Shown here: positions 1-9,238 of the stretch, piece after piece
Numbering within the stretch: position 1 is the stretch's first letter
How the letters are laid out: each line of letters begins with the position of its first letter
Origin: Bdellovibrionia bacterium
Lineage (GTDB): Bacteria > Bdellovibrionota > UBA1018
Assembly (NCBI GenBank): GCA_045805065.1
Contig: JBJMMA010000152.1
Span: 1 to 50,646 of the forward strand
DNA: 50,646 nt
Direction: 5' to 3'
Program-made: the position numbers and the translations under genes
The notes under the pieces: model-generated
What the model was told of the DNA's origin: nothing
Databases searched by the model: none
Seen by the model: the letters and a program-made list of their open reading frames with translations, nothing else

Positions 1-2419
1 AAAATAATAAAATAAACAAAGATCTACCGATCTGTATGCTCCAAAATTCACTGATTTCCTTAAGTAAACTGGAGGAAACAACGAGTTCCTGAGGGCTTTT
101 CTTGAACCAGTCCGTAGGCATGGAGCGCGCGTAACTGGGCTGAATAAAGCGATTATCCATGAGTACAATGATGCCCCGGTCAGTTTCTGAGCGAATCACG
201 CGTCCTGCGGACTGGATCGCTTTGGCCATCGCAGGATACGAGTACGCATAGTCAAATCCGGCGCCATAGAACTCATCGTAGTACTTTCTCATTTCCTCGC
301 GCTCAAGATTAAAGCTTGGAAGTGGAGGTCCGATGACGAAAGCACCAATCACGGTATCGCCCGGATAGTCGACGCCTTCTGAGAAAACACCGCCTTGAAC
401 TGCAAATACCATGGTGGGCTCGGACTGTGATTTCAGATGCTCGATGATTTCATCGATCTCGCTGGTGCGCATGTTGCGCTCCTGCTTTCGGATCGTGAAA
501 CCTGAGGGCGGAATGAACTGATCCAAGACGCGCTCCAGGAAATCAAAGCTCGGGAAGAAGGCAAAGTAATTCCCGGGTCTGAGCTCAATGATGCGGCGAA
601 TGGCTTCTGCCACTTTCGGATAGTTTCTCTCGCGTTCAGAGTATTTTGTCGAGACCTGAGGAATGATGACAAGTTTTCGGTTCTGGTGATCAAACGGGGA
701 TTGGAACTCGGCGGTCGAGAGTTTTTCTCCGTCCAGGCCTGAGAGCTTGGAATAGAACTCAAAGGGCTTCAAGGTCGCGGAAAATGCCACGACGTTCTCA
801 TATTCGTCATAACATTCGCGAAGCATGCTCGAGGCGTCGCAACAGGTGATCTTCAGCGTCCCACCGTTTGCGTGAGGGTGAAAGGTCGTGAAGAATTCCT
901 TGCGATCCGGATTGATCACGAACTCAAGGGCTTCCGTGAACTGCGCCCAATAAAAGCAAAGCCTCAGAACGACATCTTTGGGTTGGATCTCCAGGGTCGA
1001 ATCCAGATAGCGCGATAAAAAGGTTCTGAGCTTGCTGTCTTGCTCGATGAACGGAACGATGCTGGGTTCTACTTTAGTCCCTTGGGTTGCGCCATCCGGC
1101 TTGCAGGCGGAGATGACCTCAATGCATTCATCGATCAGCTCTTCGGCTTCCTTGCGAAAGCGCGAGGTGAGATCCATGACCTCTTCACGCATATGCTCAA
1201 GCGTGATGCTCGAGAGAGCTGGCGAGAAATGATCCATGGCGCGGGATGGAAGATTATGAGCCTCGTCAATGACAAGGTTTGGTTTTCCTTCGGAGGCAAA
1301 CTGCTCTTGCGTCAGGCGTCCCATATTGCTTCTTGGAGCAATGACGTAGTTGTAATCGCAGATGACCGCATCTGCATCTTGCGCGGCCTCAAGCTGAAGC
1401 TCAAACGGACAGACTTCATACTCTTCACCCATCTTGGTGAAGACTTTTGATGTCAGCTTTTTCTTTTTAGCCAGCAGATCGCCCAGCTTGTTCTCGTGAA
1501 CTTTGGTGTAGTAGTCGCGCGCAAACTCGCAATATTCAGGATTGCAAAGCGGCTCGTTCTTGAAACAGATCTTGGATTTGGCCGTGATGGTCAGGGACTT
1601 TACCGCGGATCCCGTATCCTGAAAGCGCTCAATCGCATCTTCAGCAACGCTGTGCTGACTGTTCTTGGGCGTCACGTAGACGACCTTCTGGCCGCGCGAA
1701 AGCGCTTCCTTCATCGCAGGATATAGAACGCCTGCGGTTTTACCCAAGCCCGTTGGCGCTTGAATCATGAGGCGCTTTTCGTCCTGTATGGCTTGCTCGA
1801 TGGTTGCAATGAGTTCTTTTTGGCCAGGGCGCGGTTTTTCAAACGGGAATGGGAATTCTTCTGAAATCTTTTTTCGACGAGCCGCGCGCTTTTCCGCTTT
1901 CGCGACTACTTCTGCAAGCTCATCGAGTCGGAGCGCGAGCCATTTCTCGTAGGCTTCGATATCGAGCTTCACATCGAGATCGCGGGTTTCGCCATTTCGC
2001 GTGGAGACGAGATGAAAGCAGAGCTCCGGCTTGACGTTATGCTCAAGCCAGTAGAAGTAGCCGTACGTTGCCAGCTGAAGCCCGTAAGGATGCTCAAGGC
2101 CTGCTTCCTCAAGTTTTCTGGAAAGCTCATGGACGTTGAAGGTGGATTTGATTTCCTCGATCTTGGGAGGATTTCTGCGAAAGAGTCCATCGATTCTTCC
2201 GCCGACTTCAAAGGTGTAGCCGCCATGCTCAATCTGGCGCGAGATCTTCACTTCGGCTTCGTAGGAGTTGTAAGCCGCAGCCCTGCGCTCCTGGACCATG
2301 AGATGGATCTCCTGGCCTTCCTGTTGGGCGCGACCATAACCTGAGAGCGCTTCAATGCTTCCTCGACGAGGCACCGGGAGCGCGAAATCGCGAATCGAGA
2401 GCGATACGGTTTTGCTCAA
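1..2419 (-). CDS. ATP-dependent DNA helicase, XPD/Rad3/DinG family with Fe-S cluster and N-terminal PD-(D/E)XK nuclease domain (3' end outside window)
   Basis: Not in the ORF track because no stop lies in the window. Motif regions translated manually from a TTG at 2419 that overlaps the upstream TGA: MSKTVSLSIRDFALP..., nuclease motifs GRIDG/EEIKS/QLATY, Q-motif FPFEKPRPGQ, Walker A QAPTGLGKT (~1735-1763), Cys cluster CLKNEPLCNPEYC...CPFE, VIDEAHN (~1250-1270), motif VI QSAGRVIRSETDRG (~175-215). Confidence 0.9.
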   Translation of the reverse strand, partial: MSKTVSLSIRDFALPVPRRGSIEALSGYGRAQQEGQEIHLMVQERRAAAYNSYEAEVKISRQIEHGGYTFEVGGRIDGLFRRNPPKIEEIKSTFNVHELSRKLEEAGLEHPYGLQLATYGYFYWLEHNVKPELCFHLVSTRNGETRDLDVKLDIEAYEKWLALRLDELAEVVAKAEKRAARRKKISEEFPFPFEKPRPGQKELIATIEQAIQDEKRLMIQAPTGLGKTAGVLYPAMKEALSRGQKVVYVTPKNSQHSVAEDAIERFQDTGSAVKSLTITAKSKICFKNEPLCNPEYCEFARDYYTKVHENKLGDLLAKKKKLTSKVFTKMGEEYEVCPFELQLEAAQDADAVICDYNYVIAPRSNMGRLTQEQFASEGKPNLVIDEAHNLPSRAMDHFSPALSSITLEHMREEVMDLTSRFRKEAEELIDECIEVISACKPDGATQGTKVEPSIVPFIEQDSKLRTFLSRYLDSTLEIQPKDVVLRLCFYWAQFTEALEFVINPDRKEFFTTFHPHANGGTLKITCCDASSMLRECYDEYENVVAFSATLKPFEFYSKLSGLDGEKLSTAEFQSPFDHQNRKLVIIPQVSTKYSERERNYPKVAEAIRRIIELRPGNYFAFFPSFDFLERVLDQFIPPSGFTIRKQERNMRTSEIDEIIEHLKSQSEPTMVFAVQGGVFSEGVDYPGDTVIGAFVIGPPLPSFNLEREEMRKYYDEFYGAGFDYAYSYPAMAKAIQSAGRVIRSETDRGIIVLMDNRFIQPSYARSMPTDWFKKSPQELVVSSSLLKEISEFWSIQIGRSLFILLF

Positions 2420-3504
2420 AGCGTGCCTTCTTTCGCAGGATTTGGCTCAGCCTTGGCATTTGCGCCAAAATCAAAGAGCGAGAGAGTTTGTTCAGGAAGC
2501 TTGGCGTAAGCCTTGGGATCCAGAACTTCCACAGGATGAGCATCGAGCCCTTTTTTCCTGAGTGACCGGATCAGAGCGCCTGAGCGGTGCTGGACAAAGA
2601 CACGCTTGGCACCGGACTCCTCTATGGTGCGATGAATGTCATTCCAATCAGCGTGATCGGACATCACAAAGCCATGATCATATTGCTGGCCGTGAGCGCC
2701 GTAACCGCCATGCATCCAGCCGGATGCGAATGCGGTTTGAAAGAGTCCCAAACGCTCCAGCCATTCCGTGCGCAAAAGGGATGGGGGAGCCAGAATCAGC
2801 TCACCGCGAAGCTCATAGTTGGGCGGGAGATCGCTCAGGCTCACGGTAGGCGCAAGTTTTCTTCCCTCAGCGCGGTAGCATTCGGTGAGTTCCTTGACCG
2901 TGTCATGAATGATGACAGGCCGATCCGCGTAAGGCGCAAGTTCTGCCAGAATGCGCTGGGCTTTTCCGAGAGAATAACCAAAGAGCAAAGAATTCATGTT
3001 GGCGCGCGCATTGTTCATCCACCAGCGATGAATGTCCTCGCCATGCTTGCTGTTTTTATCCCATTGATATTTAGGCGTGCCGAAAGTGGCTTCAGTGACA
3101 TAGGTGTCGCATGGAACGACTTCAAAAGGATCGCAGCTTGGATCAGAATCACGTTTGTAATCGCCTGAGGCGACCCAGACTTCTCCCTGATGCTCGATGC
3201 GCACTTGCGCGGAGCCTAAGATATGTCCTGCCGAATGAAAGCTCAGTTTGACCGGACCGATCTTGAAAGTCTCCCCATAGGGAATGCCTTGGACGTTGAT
3301 ATCTTTTCCAAGTCTTGCTTTTAAAAGCCCGACTCCACACTTTGCCGTAAAATAATTCTTGGCACCGCGCCTCGCATGATCGCTGTGCGCGTGAGTCGTG
3401 ACCGCTCTTTCAACCACGCGATGGGGATCGATATAGAAATCTCCAGCCGCGCAATACAGGCCTTTTTGGGTCCAGGCCAGAAGCGGTTCCTTGCTCAAAA
3501 TCAT
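2416..3504 (-). CDS. Ligase-associated DNA damage response exonuclease (metallo-beta-lactamase/beta-CASP)
   Basis: GLYCAAGDFYIDP, THAHSDH metal motif, AGHILGSAQV, SGDYKR, TEATFG, YSLGKAQR, FASGWM, SDHADW. Confidence 0.9.
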   Translation of the reverse strand: MILSKEPLLAWTQKGLYCAAGDFYIDPHRVVERAVTTHAHSDHARRGAKNYFTAKCGVGLLKARLGKDINVQGIPYGETFKIGPVKLSFHSAGHILGSAQVRIEHQGEVWVASGDYKRDSDPSCDPFEVVPCDTYVTEATFGTPKYQWDKNSKHGEDIHRWWMNNARANMNSLLFGYSLGKAQRILAELAPYADRPVIIHDTVKELTECYRAEGRKLAPTVSLSDLPPNYELRGELILAPPSLLRTEWLERLGLFQTAFASGWMHGGYGAHGQQYDHGFVMSDHADWNDIHRTIEESGAKRVFVQHRSGALIRSLRKKGLDAHPVEVLDPKAYAKLPEQTLSLFDFGANAKAEPNPAKEGTL

Positions 3505-3564
3505 GTCCTGCAGACTAGCCTAAACGGCAGTTCTTTCTCAAGGGGCCATTCTAGGTTTGGGCGC

Positions 3565-4347
3565 TTAAAGATCCTTAAAATCGACGACAGAAAGTTTCTT
3601 TTGAGATGCCTGCTTTTTAGCTCTGGCGCGGGCTCCGGCGCCTCCCAGCTTGCCCTCGGTTTTGAGCGGTGCCTCGGCCTCAAGCTTCTTGTAAAACTTA
3701 TAAAACAGATTGGTTTGATCCAGTGTTTTTGAGATCGTTTTATCTGCTTCTGCAGGGCTCAGCTCCAAAGCATCACTCCAAAGTTGCTCAAAAAGCGTTT
3801 CGGTAGCCCCGACGGCGAGCGAGGGAAAGGCCCCGTCATCGACTTCGCCGTAAGCCACGATCAGAAGTCTTGTCCAGAGCTCTTTCAGGGCCTTCTCATA
3901 AGCCCGCTCGTTTTCTCGTCCTCGCATATCGGCGAGCCGCTTGAGTTCCTTGGTCGAAAGTGGGGACTCGGCCTGAAGGATTTCAAGGATCTTGCGCGCA
4001 GCTTGAGAAAGGGTCGCCTGGTTCTTGTAAGTGTCGTTCAGCGCGGGATTGAGTTTTTTGAGAAATGCCGTGAAAAGAGGTTTTGAAAAGTAAGTGGCTC
4101 GTCCGCGGTACCACTTAGTGTAAACCACTTTGCCCGTGGTGGAAAGTTCGGTCTTCAAATGCCAGAGATCAGCCACTCGGTGATCGCCATCCGAGTCCCA
4201 CTCCCAGCGCATCTCGGATTTCGGGTGAAAGCGGTACCAAAGCGAATCCGGATCCCTTTTATTATCGATCGGGAAAACCAGCAGGGCGCCTGCTTGATTG
4301 ATGGATTGAACGGCTAATCGGACGGCTTCTTGGGGTTTTGCTCGCAT
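3565..4347 (-). CDS. AlkZ-related winged-helix DNA-binding/glycosylase-like protein
   Basis: W..K..L...GKVVYTKWYRGRATYFS motif followed by winged-helix LSQAARKILEILQAESPLSTKELKR...YEKALKELW. Confidence 0.65.
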   Translation of the reverse strand: MRAKPQEAVRLAVQSINQAGALLVFPIDNKRDPDSLWYRFHPKSEMRWEWDSDGDHRVADLWHLKTELSTTGKVVYTKWYRGRATYFSKPLFTAFLKKLNPALNDTYKNQATLSQAARKILEILQAESPLSTKELKRLADMRGRENERAYEKALKELWTRLLIVAYGEVDDGAFPSLAVGATETLFEQLWSDALELSPAEADKTISKTLDQTNLFYKFYKKLEAEAPLKTEGKLGGAGARARAKKQASQKKLSVVDFKDL

Positions 4348-4621
4348 GCACTTCAGGCCTCAAGACGTTTTATCACTTCACATGCCGAAACTTCAATCAA
4401 GCACGAAACAAAGCGCCGCGTCATTGATGCTTTGAGAAGGTCGCTTTCAGAGGTTTTTACTGGGTCAGGCCCGACACTGTGGCAGTCTCGACGGGGCATT
4501 GAAGTAGCCTGAAATGCGGTCTAATCGCGTTCCAGTGAAACACCCTCTATTGAAATAAATGAGGAGATAAATTTTCTATCTTCTTTTAAAATAGGGATGT
4601 TACGATTAATCTGAGGCAAAC

Positions 4622-4837
4622 ATGAGCCTAAAGAAAAAACTTCAAAATCGGCTGAAGAATCAATTGAAGAGTCAGTTGAAGAATAAAAAGAAGAAAAGCT
4701 CCAAGGGCTCTTCTAAGCTCAATTCTTCTAAACTCAATGTTTTTGCTTCGGTTGAGTATCTGGGCTCAGAATCTCCAAGATCAGCAGCATCTGATCTGGA
4801 TTATCCGAACTCTCCGCCGTGGATTCACTTTACGTGA
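4622..4837 (+). CDS. Small Lys-rich protein (71 aa), possible peptide precursor
   Basis: GAGG RBS just upstream of the ATG; basic repetitive N-half and distinct C-terminal tail ASDLDYPNSPPWIHFT; fills the intergenic gap and ends 6 nt from the convergent glycosyltransferase stop. Confidence 0.6.
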   Translation: MSLKKKLQNRLKNQLKSQLKNKKKKSSKGSSKLNSSKLNVFASVEYLGSESPRSAASDLDYPNSPPWIHFT

Positions 4838-4843
4838 TCCAGT

Positions 4844-6115
4844 TTACTTAAGGCCCTGATATCGCCTGACGACTCTTTTGAATAACGGGTGTGCGGTGGA
4901 CGAGTACATCGCAGCCGTAGGCTTTTTTGCAACCTCATTCCAAAAGCCGGCTAATTCCGGATCAATGCGAAGTTCGTTTTGCGAATCACTCCGATGATCC
5001 AGAGCCAATGCACTCTGCAGAATGCCGAGAAATTGATCTCGAATCATGCGCTGATAAGCGCGATGGAAATCGCTGGGTAGCGCGCGCTTGGGTAATTTGA
5101 GATTTTTATCCAAGATAGGCTGACCAATCTCAGCCCCGTTGGACCAATCCAGCGGAACGTAAGAGACTTGCCCTTGATCGGCAAGCTCCATCCAATTCCG
5201 ATGTCCTCCCCAGTCTGAAAGGATGGTCTTCAGGCCCGCGCAAAGCCCTTGAGCGATGGAGTATCCGAAGTCCTCGCCATAATGCGCACTCAGTGAGACC
5301 TGGTAGTCGCAGGCCTGCATCATGGCCCGAAGATCATTCTGGGATAAAAAGGGGCGGAACTCCACTCGCCTGGACATGCCAAGACGCCGGATCTGATCGA
5401 TCACAGCGCTTGGAACGTGCTGAGGTTTTGCCCCCTGCAGATGCGAGGCTCCGACCGTATCCACGTCCCCGCAGATGACGAGTTTGAGTTTTGGAGCAAA
5501 TTGAAGGAGCTGAACGAGCGAGAGGATGTTCTTCTGCTGGCTCAAGCGTCCGGCGTAAAGCATGAGTGGATCACGGCTTGAAAGGCCCAGAGCCCTTCTG
5601 AGTTCTTGTTTTGCCTTTGCGCTCTTTGCAGGACGGAACTGCGAGGCTACGGGATGGTACATGACGTGAGTGCGTCCGTTGCCTGGAAAAAACTCCTCAA
5701 GCAGAGCCTTCTCCGCATCGCACGCGACCACCCACTGATCATCAGGCCTGAAGATGCTCCGATAATGAAAAAGATGATACCCGAGCTTTGCTCCTTCGCC
5801 GCCTAATAGAAAAATGGCAGGAGGCCGGGAAAGTGGATTCGGAAAATGGGCTCTGAGCCAGTTCAAAGTGTAGGATTGAACCGCGCCCGATGGAAAAATC
5901 CAGACGTGGGATTTCTTCGGAAGCTTCTTCTCTGAGAGCAGATCGTATCGCTCTAATTTCGGGAAAATGCTCTCCAGAAGACGGATGAACTCGGGAAAAA
6001 TGGTCGACACACTTGGCCAGTAAGCTGGCGCATTGGGTGTCATGACGATGGCCCGTATTTGTAAACGCTTTTGTGAATGCTTCAATCTATTTCGCTCCCG
6101 CAGAAGTTGAAGCAC
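4844..6115 (-). CDS. Glycosyltransferase family 4 (GT-B); start uncertain (may be ~6043)
   Basis: LYAGRLSQQKN, LKLVICG, MQACD, EDFGYSIAQGL, ILSDWGG motifs of GT4. Confidence 0.85.
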   Translation of the reverse strand: MLQLLRERNRLKHSQKRLQIRAIVMTPNAPAYWPSVSTIFPEFIRLLESIFPKLERYDLLSEKKLPKKSHVWIFPSGAVQSYTLNWLRAHFPNPLSRPPAIFLLGGEGAKLGYHLFHYRSIFRPDDQWVVACDAEKALLEEFFPGNGRTHVMYHPVASQFRPAKSAKAKQELRRALGLSSRDPLMLYAGRLSQQKNILSLVQLLQFAPKLKLVICGDVDTVGASHLQGAKPQHVPSAVIDQIRRLGMSRRVEFRPFLSQNDLRAMMQACDYQVSLSAHYGEDFGYSIAQGLCAGLKTILSDWGGHRNWMELADQGQVSYVPLDWSNGAEIGQPILDKNLKLPKRALPSDFHRAYQRMIRDQFLGILQSALALDHRSDSQNELRIDPELAGFWNEVAKKPTAAMYSSTAHPLFKRVVRRYQGLK

Positions 6116-7790
6116 TCGTCAGCCGGGTGATGGTTGAAAATTCCCGGCTCTGAACGTAAAGAGCCATGGTCTTAGCAACGTCAACTTTTCTGCCCGCGTA
6201 AAGGTCATTGAGAATTGAAAGCTGAGCCAGGGGATATTTTGCGCCGGCTTCCGTTCCTGAGGATGCCGTCATGTAGAGATCAAATTTCCCTGGCTTAAAC
6301 AGGCTCTCTTGATCAAATCCAAAATACGAGAAGCCCTCGCAGTTATAGATTCCAACCCAAAGCGGATGCTCGCGTTTGAAGGCCGGAAGGTGATCCTGCT
6401 TCCAGAGTTTTGTGAACTCCTCGATCAGAAAATTGTGGCCCAGGCCCGCATGGCCGACGTAGAAGATCGCGTTCGAATCTTTCAGCGCCGTGTGAAGCGT
6501 CGACACATAAGCCTTGGAGGCGCGCGGACCGTAATCGAGGGTGGTCGTGCCAAAATAAACCGTTCCGGAGGCAGGCATCGTCGAATCAATGAAGTGCCCG
6601 CGATACTTCAAGACGATCTCTTGATCGGGTGTGCTCGTTTTTTCGAGGCTCAGCTGATCGAGTGAGACCAGAGTGTGCAGGTATTTCAGGAAGGTCAGGA
6701 AATGGTAGGTTCCCGGTTCGTAAAAGGGTTTTCCTTCTACGGGCGTCAGCGCTTTTTCCCACGCGGTCAAACAAGAGGGAACATTCTGGGCTTTCTTGCA
6801 AACGCTCTCGGTGCTTTGAATGAGGTCCTTGAGCTTGAGAGTATCAAGCTTTGCGAAATATTCATTGCGGCTGATGATCCCAAAGATCGCGGTGGATTTG
6901 AATTCCTTGAGCTTGCCAAAGAACTCCGGTGCGAGAGCGGGAGCTGGTTCAACCGCTTTGGACGCCAGGATCTCTGGCTGATAGATCTTCATCGGGCCAT
7001 CGATCTGGCATTTGACGGTCTTTCCTGCTGAATCGGTCTTAGGCATGACCGGGCTCCAGAAGAACCAATTGATATCCGAGGTTCCAAATTCCACGAGCTC
7101 GCTCGAAAGGCAGTTAGGCATGGCGTCCAGTTTGCCACGGTTGAATGTTCTACTTTTTCTGGCCTCTTTCTTCTCAAGCCAAAACGAGAGAAAGGGATCC
7201 AAGGGTAACTTGACGGGGGCAGCCTTTTGGAACCCGTTCGGGGTACAATCCGCAATAAGCAGCTCGCTTTGGTACGGGATCAGAAGGGCAGAATCATCTG
7301 CTTTGACTTCGCCGCGCTGAAGCGCTTTTTGCGTGTAAGCGGAGTTCGCGCCTCCCCGGGCAGCAAGAAAGTTATCGACCGGAAATGAGCTACCGTAGGT
7401 TACGGTTTGAGGCTCAGAAATCCTGGGTGCGCCACGGTAGGAAGCGATTGCTGCGTTCATTCCGCCACTAGAAGTGGTCCTGAAATAACCCACCAGATGC
7501 TTGAGCTGAAGCTCGATGGCATTGCGAACAAGCTCGGATCGCTCTTTTGGGTCAGTGGGGAGAAAGGCTGTGTTGAGCAGGACTTTTCCCTGAAGTTCAA
7601 TTCGCTGATAGGAGCCCGTACCGGTCTTGCAGCCTACGGGGCTTCCTGAAATCTGGGAAATTTGTGAAACCTGGGATTCTGCCATTGCCGGTATGGCAAG
7701 CACAGAGAGGGCCAACAGCATGTTGCGTCTTAGAGGTTTTTTGGAAGGTTTTTTTGAAGGCTTTTTTGGGCTCTTGAAAAGCATCAACAT
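6087..7790 (-). CDS. Secreted hypothetical protein with C-terminal His/Cys (caspase/gingipain-like) motifs
   Basis: Signal peptide LLALSVLAIPAMA after a Lys-rich N-region; FYVGHAGLG and GIYNCEGFSY near the C-terminus. Confidence 0.7.
   Translation of the reverse strand: MLMLFKSPKKPSKKPSKKPLRRNMLLALSVLAIPAMAESQVSQISQISGSPVGCKTGTGSYQRIELQGKVLLNTAFLPTDPKERSELVRNAIELQLKHLVGYFRTTSSGGMNAAIASYRGAPRISEPQTVTYGSSFPVDNFLAARGGANSAYTQKALQRGEVKADDSALLIPYQSELLIADCTPNGFQKAAPVKLPLDPFLSFWLEKKEARKSRTFNRGKLDAMPNCLSSELVEFGTSDINWFFWSPVMPKTDSAGKTVKCQIDGPMKIYQPEILASKAVEPAPALAPEFFGKLKEFKSTAIFGIISRNEYFAKLDTLKLKDLIQSTESVCKKAQNVPSCLTAWEKALTPVEGKPFYEPGTYHFLTFLKYLHTLVSLDQLSLEKTSTPDQEIVLKYRGHFIDSTMPASGTVYFGTTTLDYGPRASKAYVSTLHTALKDSNAIFYVGHAGLGHNFLIEEFTKLWKQDHLPAFKREHPLWVGIYNCEGFSYFGFDQESLFKPGKFDLYMTASSGTEAGAKYPLAQLSILNDLYAGRKVDVAKTMALYVQSREFSTITRLTSASTSAGAK
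7735..7770 (-). repeat. 12-bp tandem repeat encoding KKPS/KKPS/KKPL in the signal N-region
   Basis: ggttttttggaa-ggtttttttgaa-ggcttttttggg on the + strand. Confidence 0.6.
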
Positions 7791-7834
7791 AAATTAACCT
7801 CGACAGACTCCAAGCGTATCAATACCTTAGAAGT

Positions 7835-8350
7835 ATGGTGAAAAAGCCTGGAGTTGTCTCGATATTTTTGATTGCTGCGACTCTTTTTGCGGGCGTTACC
7901 ATTCGCAAACACGTGTTCTCAGTTTCAAGAGTGAGTGGAGATTCGATGAGTCCAACTCTTCATGAGGGGGATCTGGTTTTCATCGAAAAATGGGACCGTG
8001 AGTTCAAGCCAGACGATATCGTCGTTTTTCAGCCACCCTTTTCCAAAACCGAGACTTTCATCAAGCGACTAATTGCAGGTCCAGGCTCCGAAGTCATGAT
8101 CAATGACTTCAAGGTCGTGGTGAACTCCAAGGTCTACGCCGAATCGGCTCTGACGCCTCCCACCTGGGGAGATCGCCCCTTTGAGTGCCGCTTCTCTGGT
8201 GTCTATCAAACGCACGCACGCGAGTATTTTGTCTTAGGTGATAATCGCTGCATGTCGGGCGATAGCCGCGCTTTTGGTGCTGTTGCTTATGACAATATCA
8301 AAGGCAAAGTTGTCTATGTGCTTAAGCTTGGGCGTAGGAAACTGAAATAG
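7835..8350 (+). CDS. lepB: Signal peptidase I (short, single-TM type)
   Basis: VSGDSMSPTL (catalytic Ser), FIKRLIA (Lys), YFVLGDNR..SGDSR.FG. Confidence 0.93.
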   Translation: MVKKPGVVSIFLIAATLFAGVTIRKHVFSVSRVSGDSMSPTLHEGDLVFIEKWDREFKPDDIVVFQPPFSKTETFIKRLIAGPGSEVMINDFKVVVNSKVYAESALTPPTWGDRPFECRFSGVYQTHAREYFVLGDNRCMSGDSRAFGAVAYDNIKGKVVYVLKLGRRKLK

Positions 8351-8352
8351 GC

Positions 8353-9084
8353 TTACTTGCTCCAATGGCAGTTCTTGGACTTGAGTTGCTCTAAAAAGCC
8401 TAGATAAGAGCCCATGATTTCGGCGGGAGCTGCGTCCAGTCCTTCATCCAGTTTGTTCATGAGGTTTACAGCCTTTTTGTTTCCTGTAAGGGCTTCTGCA
8501 AAAAGCTGGTCCAAGGGTTTTGAGTCGCTGTGGTCGCCAAATACAAATTCTACCCGTTGTTCGACAGTTTGAGATTGAGCTTCGATCTTCTTGATCAAGG
8601 CTTCAGGATCGATGTCGCTGGCGAGGTGCTCGACCACGCAAGTGTCCTTGAGCTGACATTTTCCAGTGCAGTCGATTTGAAAATCCCTGATTTTGCGACG
8701 AAGCTTTTTGTTAGATGGAAAATAAAGACTTGCGGTCAGCGTGTCCTCTTTCTGCTTGATTTCCGTGCCCCAGGTCATCACTTCAGCATCCATATGAAGA
8801 GCTTTCATCTTTGAGCCTGGGTTATATTTCAGAATGTACTCACTCGTCAGGTATTCCGGACTTTCGCTTTTCTGGTGACAGACAATGAAGGTTGCTGCCT
8901 TGTTCTTATAAATATCGGCAGTCTCAAACTCATTGGTCGAAACGTTATATGCGCCTTCGCCATGACAGAGCTGATTGATTTTCTCTTTATCCGCCAGACT
9001 TGATTGCTTCCATGCTGCGGTCGCAGAGTTTGCAGCGATAAGAGCAAAAGCCAAGATCATCTGATGGATAGAGGGTTGTCGCAT
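8353..9084 (-). CDS. Secreted hypothetical protein
   Basis: 243-aa ORF with Sec signal MILAFALIAANSATA; several Cys. Confidence 0.7.
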   Translation of the reverse strand: MRQPSIHQMILAFALIAANSATAAWKQSSLADKEKINQLCHGEGAYNVSTNEFETADIYKNKAATFIVCHQKSESPEYLTSEYILKYNPGSKMKALHMDAEVMTWGTEIKQKEDTLTASLYFPSNKKLRRKIRDFQIDCTGKCQLKDTCVVEHLASDIDPEALIKKIEAQSQTVEQRVEFVFGDHSDSKPLDQLFAEALTGNKKAVNLMNKLDEGLDAAPAEIMGSYLGFLEQLKSKNCHWSK

Positions 9085-9238
9085 GTGTCAATCGTGGCAC
9101 AAATTCCAAGTACGTCAAGAAAAGTAGACAGACTTTATGTGGCATCTGGGGGTGTATCATTTAAGTTTGATTCAATTATTAAGGTGATCAAGGCATCGAC
9201 ATTTGAGCTCGATAAGTGCTTAAGAGGGAAAATGCGAT

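Noticed and set aside
2000..2419. Cas4/CRISPR (type IV DinG) interpretation of the nuclease-helicase
   Set aside because: No repeat-spacer array or other cas genes in the window; nuclease-XPD fusions are known standalone repair helicases.
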